Source of the DNA: an uncultured Actinomycetes bacterium
Lineage (GTDB): Bacteria; Actinomycetota; Thermoleophilia; RBG-16-64-13
Length of the DNA: 64,000 nt
Reading direction: 5' to 3'
NCBI GenBank assembly: GCA_963814365.1
Contig: CAWFCL010000010.1
Location: 7,342 to 71,341, forward strand
Shown here: positions 28,948 to 38,728 of the stretch, piece after piece
Position numbering within the stretch: position 1 is the first letter of the stretch
Layout of the letters: each line of letters opens with the position of its first letter
Notes under the pieces: model-generated
Database searches by the model: none
Told to the model about the DNA's origin: nothing
The model's input: only the letters and a program-made list of their open reading frames with translations
Made by a program: the position numbers and the translations under genes

Positions 28948-30662
28948 TTGACCGCGGTAGTCTCTGCGAGCAGAGAACCGCTCCGGTCCACATAGCTACG
29001 ATGCAGCAGCCGGTGCGAGACCTCACCCAGCGGCCTGCCCAAGTACTCCTCGTACAGGGAGGCTACGCTCTGGTTCTGGTGCGAAGCGCGGGTCAGTGCC
29101 TGATCGTCGGTGTCGCGCAACTGATCGAGGCGCTTACGCAGATCGCCTGCTCCCGCCCCGTATGGCTGGCCCCCACCACCGGCGCACCCGCCCGGGCAGG
29201 ACATCACCTCGACGAAGTGCATGTCACGGAGCGTCTCCTCCAGAGCCTGACCGAGACGTCCCAGACCGTTCACCACCGCCAACTTGAGCGTGGTGTCGCC
29301 GGCCTCCACTGTGAAGCACTTGACCCCTTCCGGGCCGCGCGCCTCGGTAAGCGGACCTTCGGGCACCTCTGCCCCCACCATGGTGGCCGCTGTCCTGACC
29401 GCGGCCTCCATCACGCCTCCGGTGCCGCCGAACAGCCGGGCCGCGCCCGTCGCCTCGGCGAAGGGCGCGTCAAGAGGCATCCGCTCCTCACATCTGTCGA
29501 AGTCGATGCCGAACCGCTGCCATAGATCGCTCAGCTCACGGGTGGTGAGCACATAGTCCACGTCGCCCAAATCCTGAGCCTCGTACTTCTTGGCGGTGCA
29601 GGGCATCAGCGAGAGGATCACCAGCCGCTTGTGCCCTATGCCGGCGAGCTGGGGGTAGATCTCCTTGATGAGCGCCCCCGCCATCTGCTGGGGCGACTTG
29701 CAGCTGGACATGTGCGGTATCAGGTCCGGCCGATGCAACTCGACGTAGTTGACCCAGGCCGGAGAACAACTGGTGAACATGGGGAGCGGTCCGCCGTTCT
29801 GCAGTCTCTCGACCAGTTCGGTTGCCTCCTCCATGATGGTGAGGTCGGCCGCGAACCCGGTATCGAACACGGCAGCCACGCCGATGCGCTTGAGCGCAGC
29901 GGTCAGGTGTTCCAACATGGCGGGGACCGTGGGGGACTTGCTGCGCGCCGCCGCCAAGGTGGCCGGCACCGCCGGAGCGATCTGCGCCACCACGACCGTG
30001 TCGGGGTCGGCCAAGGCTGCGACCACCTCGTCCACGTGACTACGCTCCATCAAGGCTCCGGTGGGACAGACGCGCACGCATTGGCCGCAATAGGTGCAGC
30101 CCGAGACGTTGATGCCCTTGTAGAAGCCCGGACCCACTTGGGTGCGAAAGCCCCGATCGATGAAGTCGATGGCCCCGATACCCTGGATCTCATGGCACAT
30201 GGTCACACAACGACCACATAGCACGCACTTGTTGGGGTCGCGCCATATCGAGGGCGACGAGATGTCCAGCGGCTGGTCCTTCTTCATGCCCACGTACTGT
30301 CTGGGACGGGCGCCCACTTCTCGCGACAACTCGGCCAACTCGCAACTGCCGGAGCGGTGACACACCAAGCAGTCTTGCGGATGGTTGGCGACCAGAAGTT
30401 CGACTATTGCCCGGCGGGCCTTTAGGACGCGCGGCGTGTGCGTCTTGACAGACATGCCGTCCGCAGCGGTCAGCGTGCAGCTGGTCTGCAGCTTGGGCGA
30501 ACCTTCGACCTCCACCACGCACAGACGGCAAGAGGCGGAGGGACCGGGCGCCCCGTCCAAGGCACAGAGATGGGGGATATCTATGCCGGCTTTGCTCGCT
30601 ATCTTGAGTACCGTCTCGCCCGGCGCGAACTCGAGGACTCTTCCGTTGATGGTGATGCTCAC
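28944..30662 (-). CDS. hydA: [FeFe] hydrogenase catalytic subunit HydA (NuoG-like N-terminus)
   Basis: GTG start at 30662, 6 nt after AGGAGAG. N-terminal 2Fe-2S and His-ligated 4Fe-4S region (CRLCVVEV, HPQDCLVCHRSGSCEL), then 2x4Fe-4S (CVLCGRCVTMC, CTYCGQCVRVCP). H-cluster motifs are FTSCSPAW (non-canonical), MPCTAKKYE and EVMSCPGGCAGGGGQP. The tracked 701-aa ORF includes a spurious N-terminal extension over hydB. Confidence 0.9.
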   Translation of the reverse strand: MSITINGRVLEFAPGETVLKIASKAGIDIPHLCALDGAPGPSASCRLCVVEVEGSPKLQTSCTLTAADGMSVKTHTPRVLKARRAIVELLVANHPQDCLVCHRSGSCELAELSREVGARPRQYVGMKKDQPLDISSPSIWRDPNKCVLCGRCVTMCHEIQGIGAIDFIDRGFRTQVGPGFYKGINVSGCTYCGQCVRVCPTGALMERSHVDEVVAALADPDTVVVAQIAPAVPATLAAARSKSPTVPAMLEHLTAALKRIGVAAVFDTGFAADLTIMEEATELVERLQNGGPLPMFTSCSPAWVNYVELHRPDLIPHMSSCKSPQQMAGALIKEIYPQLAGIGHKRLVILSLMPCTAKKYEAQDLGDVDYVLTTRELSDLWQRFGIDFDRCEERMPLDAPFAEATGAARLFGGTGGVMEAAVRTAATMVGAEVPEGPLTEARGPEGVKCFTVEAGDTTLKLAVVNGLGRLGQALEETLRDMHFVEVMSCPGGCAGGGGQPYGAGAGDLRKRLDQLRDTDDQALTRASHQNQSVASLYEEYLGRPLGEVSHRLLHRSYVDRSGSLLAETTAVK

Positions 30663-30672
30663 GGCGACTCTC

Positions 30673-32664
30673 CTAGGCGACGAGGGCGATGGATTGTTTG
30701 GGACAAGCGTCGACACAGGCGCCGCAACCGATGCAGCGGTCGACCACGATGTAGTGAGCGGCCTTGCGCTCACCCACGATCGCCCCCGACGGGCACTGCT
30801 TCCTGCACGCCCCGCACCCGGTGCACGTCGCGTTATCCACGGCATAGATACGGAGCCCCTGACACACACCGGCAGGACAGCGGTCCTCCATGATGTGCGC
30901 CTCGTACTCATCGCGGAAGAAGCGGAGTGTGGACAGCACCGGATTGGCGGCCGACTGTCCCAGACCGCATAGCGACGTGTCCTTGATGGTCTCGGCCAAC
31001 TCTTCCAGATGGAGCAGTCCGCGGAAGCGCTCCAACCGCCCCACCTCATCGCCCACCGGGCGCTCCGTGAGAGCGGTCAGGATCTCGTGCATGCGGGTGG
31101 TGCCCTCGCGACAGGGGGCACACTTGCCACAAGACTCGTTGCGGATGAACTCCATGAAGTACTTGGCCACGTCCACCATGCAGGTGCGCTCGTCCATGAC
31201 CACCATGCCGCCCGAACCCATCATGGCGCCCAATTCCTGCAGCTTGCCGTAGTCGGTGGCCACGTCCAGGTGAGCTTCGGGGATGCAGCCCCCGCTGGGG
31301 CCACCTATCTGCACGGCCTTGATATCGTGACCCTCGGGTGCGCCCCCGCCGATGCCGCACACCAGGTCGCGCAGGGGCAGACCCACCGGCACCTCCACCA
31401 GACCGGTGTTGCGCACCCTGCCACTGAGCGCGAACACCTTGGTCCCAGCGGCCTCACCCAACCCCAGGTCGCGGAACCACTCCGCCCCGTTGCGCAGGAT
31501 GCCGGGGATGTTGGCCAGAGTCTCCACGTTGTTGAGCACGGTGGGCATGCCGTGAAGACCCGCTACCGCCGGGTACGGCGGCCGCGGCCGCGGCATACCC
31601 CGTCCGCCTTCGATGCTCGCCAAGATGGCGGTCTCTTCGCCACAGACAAACGCCCCGGCGCCCTGCTTGATCACCACATCAAAGTCGGTGAGACTGCCCA
31701 GGATGTTGGCGCCCAGGAGCCCGGCCGCCTTGCACTGCGCGATAGCGCTCTGCAGACGTTCGATAGCCAAGGGATACTCGGCGCGACAGTAGATGTAGCC
31801 CTTGCTCGCCCCGATAGTGTAGGCCGCGATGAGCATGCCTTCGAGCACGCGGAAGGGGTCACCCTCCAAGACTGCCCGGTCCATGAAAGCACCGGGGTCA
31901 CCCTCGTCGGCGTTGCAGATGAGGTACTTGGTGGCGGCCACTGTATCCAGGGCCACCTTCCACTTCTGCCCCGTGGGGAAGCCCGCCCCACCCCGTCCGC
32001 GCAGTCCGGACTCGATGACCAGGTCGCATACCTCTTCGCGGGTCATGGTGGTGAGCGCTCGGGCCGCTGCGGCGAAGCCGCCGGCGGCCAGGGCCGCATC
32101 CAACGAGGCGGGATCTACCAGCCCACAGTTGTCCAACACCACCCGGGTCTGGCGACTGAAGAACGGGGTGTCCATGACCAGGGGCACGTCCTCGAACCCC
32201 TCTGCCTGACCGTACCGTCCGTACAAGAAGCGATTGCGCAGGTCGCGCTTCTCAAAGACGGCCTCCAGGAACTCCCCGACGTTCTCGGGGCTCAGGTCGC
32301 AGTACGACAGGCGCGGACCGTCGTCGAGTCTGACGTCCACGAAGACCTCGCGCTGGCAGAACCCCACGCAACCGACCTCCACCAGGCTCGCCTGCACTGA
32401 GTGTTCCCGCAGATACGCTTCGATCTTGTCGATGACATGCAGGGCACCGTTCGCGCGGCCGCAGGTGCCGGCGCCGACGAAGAGCACGGTGCCCTCACCG
32501 CCACGCCGCGCGCTCTCCAGGCGCCGCCCCCTCAGGGCGCGGCACGCTTGGTCCGTATGACAGAGTGGTCCCGTCTCGACGCAGGCGATCAGATCTCTGC
32601 AAGGGCGTTCCGGCGAGTGCGTGCACTCATCACAGCAGGCCTCGACCAGCCGCGTCGCGCTCAT
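30673..32664 (-). CDS. hydB: NADH-binding FMN/Fe-S subunit HydB (NuoF-like) of bifurcating hydrogenase
   Basis: GLRGRGGAGFPTGQKW (FMN), ESCGKCAPCREG (N3 cluster), a thioredoxin-like 2Fe-2S N-domain (GTCGRANG ... GCVGFCQRE), and C-terminal 2x4Fe-4S (CTGCGACRKQCP, CIGCGACVDACP). Confidence 0.95.
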   Translation of the reverse strand: MSATRLVEACCDECTHSPERPCRDLIACVETGPLCHTDQACRALRGRRLESARRGGEGTVLFVGAGTCGRANGALHVIDKIEAYLREHSVQASLVEVGCVGFCQREVFVDVRLDDGPRLSYCDLSPENVGEFLEAVFEKRDLRNRFLYGRYGQAEGFEDVPLVMDTPFFSRQTRVVLDNCGLVDPASLDAALAAGGFAAAARALTTMTREEVCDLVIESGLRGRGGAGFPTGQKWKVALDTVAATKYLICNADEGDPGAFMDRAVLEGDPFRVLEGMLIAAYTIGASKGYIYCRAEYPLAIERLQSAIAQCKAAGLLGANILGSLTDFDVVIKQGAGAFVCGEETAILASIEGGRGMPRPRPPYPAVAGLHGMPTVLNNVETLANIPGILRNGAEWFRDLGLGEAAGTKVFALSGRVRNTGLVEVPVGLPLRDLVCGIGGGAPEGHDIKAVQIGGPSGGCIPEAHLDVATDYGKLQELGAMMGSGGMVVMDERTCMVDVAKYFMEFIRNESCGKCAPCREGTTRMHEILTALTERPVGDEVGRLERFRGLLHLEELAETIKDTSLCGLGQSAANPVLSTLRFFRDEYEAHIMEDRCPAGVCQGLRIYAVDNATCTGCGACRKQCPSGAIVGERKAAHYIVVDRCIGCGACVDACPKQSIALVA

Positions 32665-33118
32665 GCCGCCTCATCCTCGGCCGCGGACCCGCTGACCGCG
32701 TCCAGTAGCGCGTCGAGCTTCTCCACGGTCAGGTGCCCGTGGAACTCACCGTCCAATTTGATCACCGGAGCGATGGAACAGGCCCCGAGACACGCCACGC
32801 TCAACACCGAGAACCGGCCGTCGGCGGAGTTACCGTCGGAACGTAGCTTGAGCCTCCGCTGGAGGTGCTGCGCCAAGGTCAGGCTCTGCTTCACGTGGCA
32901 CGCCGTCCCCCTGCACACCTCTATGACGTGCTCACACAGAGGTACAAAGCGGAACTGGTTGTAGAAGGTGGCAACGCCGTACACACTGGCGACGGGAGTG
33001 CCCAAAGCCTCGGCCAACTCCGACCATAGCGGATTGCGCGAGGATACCCTTCTCTCTCTTGTAGCTCTTGCAGAAGGGGTATCAGGTCGTCCCGGCTGAG
33101 GTCGCTGCGTCCCTGCAA
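32661..33118 (-). pseudogene. hydC: 2Fe-2S subunit HydC (NuoE-like), one frameshift as assembled
   Basis: MQGRSDLSRDDLIPLLQELQEREGY|(shift at CCC 33047-33049)|SRNPLWSELAEALGTPVASVYGVATFYNQFRF...CRGTACHV...CLGACSIAPV. The stop overlaps the hydB start (ATGA). Confidence 0.85.
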
Positions 33119-33136
33119 GCATCGCCGCGACCGTGC

Positions 33137-33580
33137 TCACACCCGCCCGCCATTCTCGGGCAAGACGGCCCGCTCCGGGCTAGGACGGTCGAGCAGTTCC
33201 TTCACTTTGTCGGCAAGCTCGGCCAACTTCACCGGTTTCTGCATGAAGGTCTCTACCGGCAGGTCCTGCCCCAGCAGAGAGGCGATGACCTTCTCGCGGA
33301 CGTCTGTCTGCACGTTGAAGCCGGAGAGCATGAGGATAGGCATGTCGTGGGTCGGACCGTCGGTCTTGAGCGCACCGGCGAACACCATGCCTTCCTCGTC
33401 GTAGTCCATCATGACGTCCAAGATCATCAGATCGGGGCGTTTCTCGACGATGCGAGCGTAGGCCTCCTTGCTGTTTCCCGCCGTGACCACGGCATAGCCG
33501 CGCGCTGTTAGAAAGGCCTCCACCGACGCCACCAGGTCGGGGTCGTCGTCTACCACCAGGATCAACTTCTTGTCCATCAC
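33137..33580 (-). CDS. single-domain CheY-like response regulator
   Basis: KKLILVVDDDPDLVASV...DLMILDVMMDYDEEG...MLSG...QKPV. 147 aa. Confidence 0.9.
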   Translation of the reverse strand: MMDKKLILVVDDDPDLVASVEAFLTARGYAVVTAGNSKEAYARIVEKRPDLMILDVMMDYDEEGMVFAGALKTDGPTHDMPILMLSGFNVQTDVREKVIASLLGQDLPVETFMQKPVKLAELADKVKELLDRPSPERAVLPENGGRV

Positions 33581-33628
33581 AGCTCCTCTGACTCGCGGAT
33601 GTCGCTCTTGCTCAATGGGCGCGATCTA

Positions 33629-34275
33629 TCAGTCTTCACGGCGGCTCAAGAACGAGAGCTTCTCGAGCTTGGCCGAGATGTCCATCGGTTCGATGAAGCA
33701 GTCCGGCGGGGCGCTTATCATCTTGGGTACGAAGTTCATGAACCCGCGCACCCCAGCATCCGCCGCTCTGTCCACTAGCTCCTGCAGACCGTCGGCCTTG
33801 GCAGCCAGAACGAGTATGCGGACGTCCATCTCTGCTATCACACTCTCCAGGTCGTCAAGCGAGTAGCACCGACAACCAGCGAAAACCCGTCCGATCTTGT
33901 CAGGGTCGGTGTCGAAGGCCGCGACCACGCGGAAGCCCCGCTCCTCAAACCCTCGATAGGAGAGGAGAGCCTGACCCAGGTAGCCCACGCCCACCACCGC
34001 GATGTTCTGCACCACGTCGGTGCCGACGATGCGGCTGATGGTGAGCGACATCTCCCGCACGTCATAGCCTTTGGAGATGTTGCCGAAGCTGCCGCAGACT
34101 GGCCAGATCGCGCCGCAGTTGGGCGGGCGTGACTCCCACCAGACGCCGCCAGACGATGAGAGTGTACGAACTGCACCCCATCGTGGCCGAGTTCTTCGAG
34201 AGCCCGGCGATAGGCACTCAACCGTTCGATGGTCCGGAGCGAGACACCGCGATCATTGCGAGAAGAGCCTGTCAC
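33629..34275 (-). pseudogene. rex: redox-sensing transcriptional repressor Rex, two frameshifts as assembled
   Basis: RTIERLSAYRRALEELGHDGVQFVHSHRLAA|(~34140)|LVGVTPAQLRRDLAS|(~34100)|CGSFGNISKGYDVREMSLTISRIVGTD..NIAVVGVGYLGQALLSY...RGFRVVAAFDTDPDKIGR. This gives a winged helix plus an NAD(H) Rossmann domain. Confidence 0.85.
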
Positions 34276-34312
34276 AGTGAGTCGACACCTTGTCCCTTTG
34301 TGACACTTGTCA

Positions 34313-34330
34313 CTGTGAAGTCTTTCACAA
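34313..34330. promoter_or_regulatory. Rex operator upstream of rex
   Basis: CTGTGAAGTCTTTCACAA matches the known Rex box TTGTGAA-N4-TTCACAA at 17/18 positions. A second palindrome, GTGACA-CT-TGTCAC, lies at 34300-34313. Confidence 0.55.
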
Positions 34331-34371
34331 CCGTGGGCGTGCTGTCAAGCGGATTGCCCAAGAGAACTCGG

Positions 34372-35404
34372 CTAGGGCGCCACTGCCACCTTGACCAACG
34401 ACCGGTCGGCGAGCGAGACGTTCGAAGCCCCCCTCTACCAGGTCCTCCAGCGGGATCACGTCGGACAGCATGCCCGTGGCCTTCAACCGACCGTCAGCAA
34501 GGTACTCGACGCAGAGACTGCGCTTCGTCCGCAGTGTAGGCGAGGCTTGACACGAGACGGGTCTCCTGAAGGATCAGCATAGACACCGCCACCGGCACCG
34601 GCTCCGGACCGTGTCCCAGGACGACCACCTGACCGCCTCGCTTGGTCAGGCCTAGGCAGGTCTCCAGCGACTTGGCCGCTCCGGCGCACTCGAAGACCAG
34701 ATCGGCGCCCACGCCGCCGTAGAGCTGGGCCAACTTCCCTCAGGGAAGTCGCCTTCGACGGCCGGGTCGAGCGCTAGGTCGGCGCCGAACCTGACGGCGA
34801 GCTCGCGCTTCTCCGGGACTACGTCCAACGCGGTCACGTGTCTTGCTCCGCCCAGCTTGAGCAGTTGAACGGCCGAGAGACCGATCGAGCCCGCACCGGA
34901 GACCACCGCGCTGTCGCCGATCTTGAAGGCAGACTGCTGGATCCCGCGCAGGGCCACGGCCATGGAATCCATCGAGTACGGCGTCCTCAAAAGGCAGGTG
35001 GTCGGGCAACGGATGCAATTGGCGCACGTCTCTGACCAACAGGTACTCGGCCATACCGCCGTCCTGCCGCAGACCGGGGGTGTTCTCGAACCCGTACGCG
35101 CAGAGGTTGGGCCGCCCGTGCAGACACTGGTAGCAGTGCGCCGCAGGGACCCGGAGGTGCGGCCACCGCCACCCGGTCTCCCACCTTGAAGCCCTCGACC
35201 CCTGGCCCACCTGGTCGATGACTCCCACATTCTCGTGACCGGGAGTGATACCCGGAGGGAGGATCCCGGCGAAGTACATCTCGATGTCGGTACCGCATAT
35301 GCCGCAGAGAGCGATCTGGACCACCACTTCGCCCGGACCCGCCTCGGCTGAGGTCGGTCGATAAGGCGGAATGATTTCGTCCCCTCGTAGAGCCAGGCCT
35401 TCAT
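34372..35404 (-). pseudogene. zinc-dependent alcohol dehydrogenase (MDR family), at least 5 frame changes as assembled
   Basis: Pieces are spread over three frames: MKAWLYEGTKSFRLIDRPQP / GEVVVQIALCGICGTDIEMY..GHENVGVIDQVG / VEGFKVGDRVAVA / CYQCLHGRPNLC...GGMAEYLLV / VVSGAGSIGLSAVQLLKLGGARHVTALD / ADLVFECAGAAKSLETCL...GGQVVVLG / ...LVKVAVAP*. Confidence 0.8.
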
Positions 35405-35918
35405 AGCCGACCTCCTCGCAGTCGGTGCCGGCTGATCGGAGACTTAGCAGGCAACTCGACCGTGGCCCCACCCACCAACCAGATGTCACCGACGATGGTC
35501 TCGATCCACCGGGCGAGGTCCACGAGGAAGGCACCGTCGCAGTCGCACTTGTCGTATACGTAGGACTTGACCAGCGCCGGGTCGCCGGTGAGGCCGCGCG
35601 CGTTGCAGAACCTGTCCTCATGTGAGGGACCTTAGCCAGGAAGTCCTCAAGCCAAGGGTTGGCCGGTACCGGCTTGCCGGCGGCAGCAGAGGCCACGGCG
35701 GGCATGACGCCCCACCGTATGTTATGCAGCCAACCGTGGTAGCCCATCCAGTTGTTGACATGGCGCGCAGCGGTACCCGCCCACTCTGACAGAGATGGGC
35801 TGGATATGTCAATAGGTATCTCGATTGTTCCATTAGGAGGTTGGCGCGCGCGACACCGAAGTCGCTTGATCAGCACGTGGGCTAGAATCCTACGGACACT
35901 CGAGATAGCCAAGGACAT
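35403..35918 (-). pseudogene. hypothetical protein, at least one frameshift; stop overlaps the ADH start
   Basis: NWMGYHGWLHNIRWGVMPAV...NPWLEDFLAKV|shift|SHEDRFCNARGLTGDPALVKSYVYDKCDCDGAFLVDLARWIETIVGDIWLVGG.... I recognise no family, and the start is uncertain. Confidence 0.3.
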
Positions 35919-37428
35919 GTGACATCGACAGACTCACCTCCCAGAAGCTGGACACCGAGCTAGGACGTCATCGCTGGCAGATACTCATCCTGAGTTCTGT
36001 CGGCATGTTCATGGGGACCATGCTCACCACGATCGTCGCGGTAGCCCTACCCAATCACATGGCGCCCGATCTGGGGCTCACCTACTCGCAGGCGCTGTGG
36101 GTGCAGGCCATCTACCCGCTCACCATGGCCATCTGCCTCATCCCGGTCGGCCGACTGGCGCAAAGGGCGGGCTTGCTGCGCTTCTACTGCTGGGCGTTGC
36201 CATCAACGGCGGCTTCTCGATAGCCTGCGGTCTTGCCTTCTCCGGCCCCTTCCTGGTGGCCATGCGCTGCCTCCAGGCTAGCGGCGGAGCGATGATGTCC
36301 GCTACCGCCATGGCCCTGGTCACTACCGTCTTCCCTCCACAGGAGCGAGGACGCGGACTGGGCTTCAACGCCATGGCAGGCTACCTAGGCCTCACAGTGG
36401 GCCCGCCCCTCGGAGGCGTGATCGTAAGTCACGTGAGTTGGCGCTGCGATCTTCTTCATCCACATCCCCCTGATCCTTGGGACGTTGGTCTGGGGTTGGT
36501 TCTTCCTGGGGGCCGAGCGCCGCGATCGCACAGCCGCAAACGAGCCCACGTCCTTCCGGGGTGGTGCACGTTTGGACCTGACCGGGACCGTGCTCCTGGC
36601 CGCCGGCGCTGACGTGCCTCATGGTGCCGCTCATCTCGGTACCGTTCTGGGGTTGGACGAATCCGCTGACGCTGGGGCTGCTCGGCGGTTTCTTGCTGCT
36701 ATGGTCGTCTTTGTATGGGTGGAGTTGCGCGTGCATGATCCAGTGCTCGATCTCAATCTTGTGCGCAAGAACCGTGTCTTCGCGGCCGGTACCATAGCGG
36801 CCCTGCTCAACTACGCCGCGATATACGGAGTGACCACGCTGACGGCCGCCTTTCTCGAGATCGTCGAGGGAGTCTCCGCTCGCAGGCCGGCCTCGTGTTG
36901 CTCGCCTCCCCCGTGTTCATAGTCGCGCTCTCTGCCGTCTTCGGCAGACTCTCCGACCGCATCGGCCAACGTGTCCCCGCGACCGGGGGCATGCTCCTCG
37001 CCGGTGTGGGCACGATGCAATTGGGCCTGCTACCCTCGCCCGCTCCGCTTTGGCGGATCGTCGTGGCCCTCTGTTTCATCGGCTTCGGTATGGCCGCTTT
37101 TAGCTCGCCCAACAGCTCCTCCGTGATGGGCGCGGTGAAGCGCTCGGAACTGAGCCTGGCCTCGGGATTCCTGGGGACGATGCGCACGGGCGGTCAGGCG
37201 ATGTCCATAGGGCTGCTGGGCGCCATAGCCGCCTCCAGCCTGGGACCCACCGGTGGCCGTGTGCTCTTTCTGGGCGAAAAGGCCAGCGCGGCGGCGGCAG
37301 AGTCTTTCTCGGGAGGCTACCGCACGGCCATGCTCGTAGCTGCCGGGCTGGCGTTCGTGGGTGCGATGGTCTCTATGGTGAGGGGGCCTCGGGAGACTAC
37401 TGTCCGACGGGAGACTCCTGCTGAGTGA
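35919..37428 (+). pseudogene. MFS transporter (drug:H+ antiporter-like), at least 5 frame changes as assembled
   Basis: Consecutive pieces in different frames: RWQILILSSVGMFMGTMLTTIVAVALPN... / LLLLGVAINGGFSIACGL...LQASGGAMMSATAMALV / AIFFIHIPLILGTLVWGWFFLG / ...VFAAGTIAALLNYAAIYG / VFIVALSAVFGRLSDRIG...GFGMAAFSSPNSSSVMG. Confidence 0.75.
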
Positions 37429-38664
37429 CGGATGTCCGTCTGGCCGACCATGCGTAGCCCAGAGCCAGAAACAGCCCGACGGCAGTGAGTAGCGCCGCCA
37501 CCAAGAATGATCGGGAGTAGTCCCCGCATCCGCCTCGACGATCGCCGCCGCCAGGCGAGGTCCCCCGAAAGATGCCACCGCCACACTCAGATACATGATG
37601 CCGAAATTGACCGCGAAGTGCCTGTGACCGAAGGCCTCACCGGTCGACGGGCCTATGAGGGCAAGAAAGCCTCCATAACAAAGGCCCACTGCGAATATCC
37701 CCACTACCACAAGAGCGTATACGTTCGTCTGCCACAGCAAGATCAACGCGGCCACAGAGATCGCGAGCACGGACAGCAGTACAGCGACACGGCCGAGGCG
37801 GTCGGATAGCGCTCCCCAGACTATCTTGCCCGCGACCATCCCAAAGGCAAGGTAGCTCACGAAGGCCCCGGCCGCCGTGGCCGAGATCCCCAACTTCTGC
37901 TGGGCTATCGGCGAGGCGTGCGCGGTCACCATCATCCCGGACATCACGCCCAACACGAAGACAGCTGCCAGCAACCAGAAGGATATGGTCTGCAACATGC
38001 GCTTCCAGTCCAAGCTCAGGTGCTCTTCCGCCAAGGCGGACACCACCGCAGGGGCGATCCATCCGCGCGGCGCATACCCGACGGGCGCGATACTGACTAG
38101 CCGTGAGCAACTGGCGATGACGACGGCGAAGACGATGCCGAGAACGCGAAGAGACCAGACTAGACCGACTCGGTCTACCAGAAGCACGGTGACCGGTCCC
38201 CATACCATCGCCCCCACACCGAATCCTCCGGTAAGGATGCCCGAGACAAGTCCCCGCTTGTCCGGAAAGAAGTGCATCAGGTTCGCCATGGTCGCCCCTG
38301 GATACGCCATGCCGCCGAGCCCAGTGATGAAGGCGAAGGTGTAGAGGAGACCCAGCGAAGTCGCAAAACTGAGTAGGACAGTGCCTAGACCGAGGATGAT
38401 CCCAGCTAGCAGCAGTAGACTCGACGGCTTCATGTACTGCTGCAGCTTCCCCGCCAGCAACGCACACACAGCTGGGATGCCGACCAATATGGTGAAGGCC
38501 AGAGCCACTTGAGCCGAGGTCCAGCCGTACATCTGCATCATCGGCTTGGATAGCACGCTCCAAGCGTAGAAGAACCCGCAACACATGGCGGCCAAGGTGG
38601 AGGCACCTAGCGTCACCCAACGCCGGATGGCGTAGGGGTCGTGCTCTCTAGTCCTGCTGATCAA
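37397..38664 (-). pseudogene. MFS transporter (oxalate/formate antiporter family), one frameshift near the 3' end as assembled
   Basis: WVTLGASTLAAMCCGFFYAWSVLSKPM... has the typical OFA layout. After ...AAIVEADAG the corrected frame gives DYSRSFLVAALLTAVGLFLALGYAWSARRTSVTQQESPVGQ* (stop 37397-37399). The tracked 544-aa ORF tail is out of frame. Confidence 0.8.
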
Positions 38665-38728
38665 AGGTAGATCGGCCTCCCGGTACGCGAACGCTCCGCG
38701 GACCGGCTACCGACCTCCCCTCGTGCTG

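Noticed and set aside
28944-31049. 701-aa HydA ORF with a 129-aa N-terminal extension
   Set aside because: The extension overlaps the 3' end of hydB in another frame. A GTG with an AGGAGAG RBS at 30662 gives the normal 2Fe-2S N-terminus.
37030-38664. 544-aa MFS ORF with a ~120-aa Pro/Arg/His-rich C-terminal tail overlapping the convergent MFS gene
   Set aside because: The tail is out of frame after ~37512. The corrected frame yields a final TM helix and a stop at 37397.
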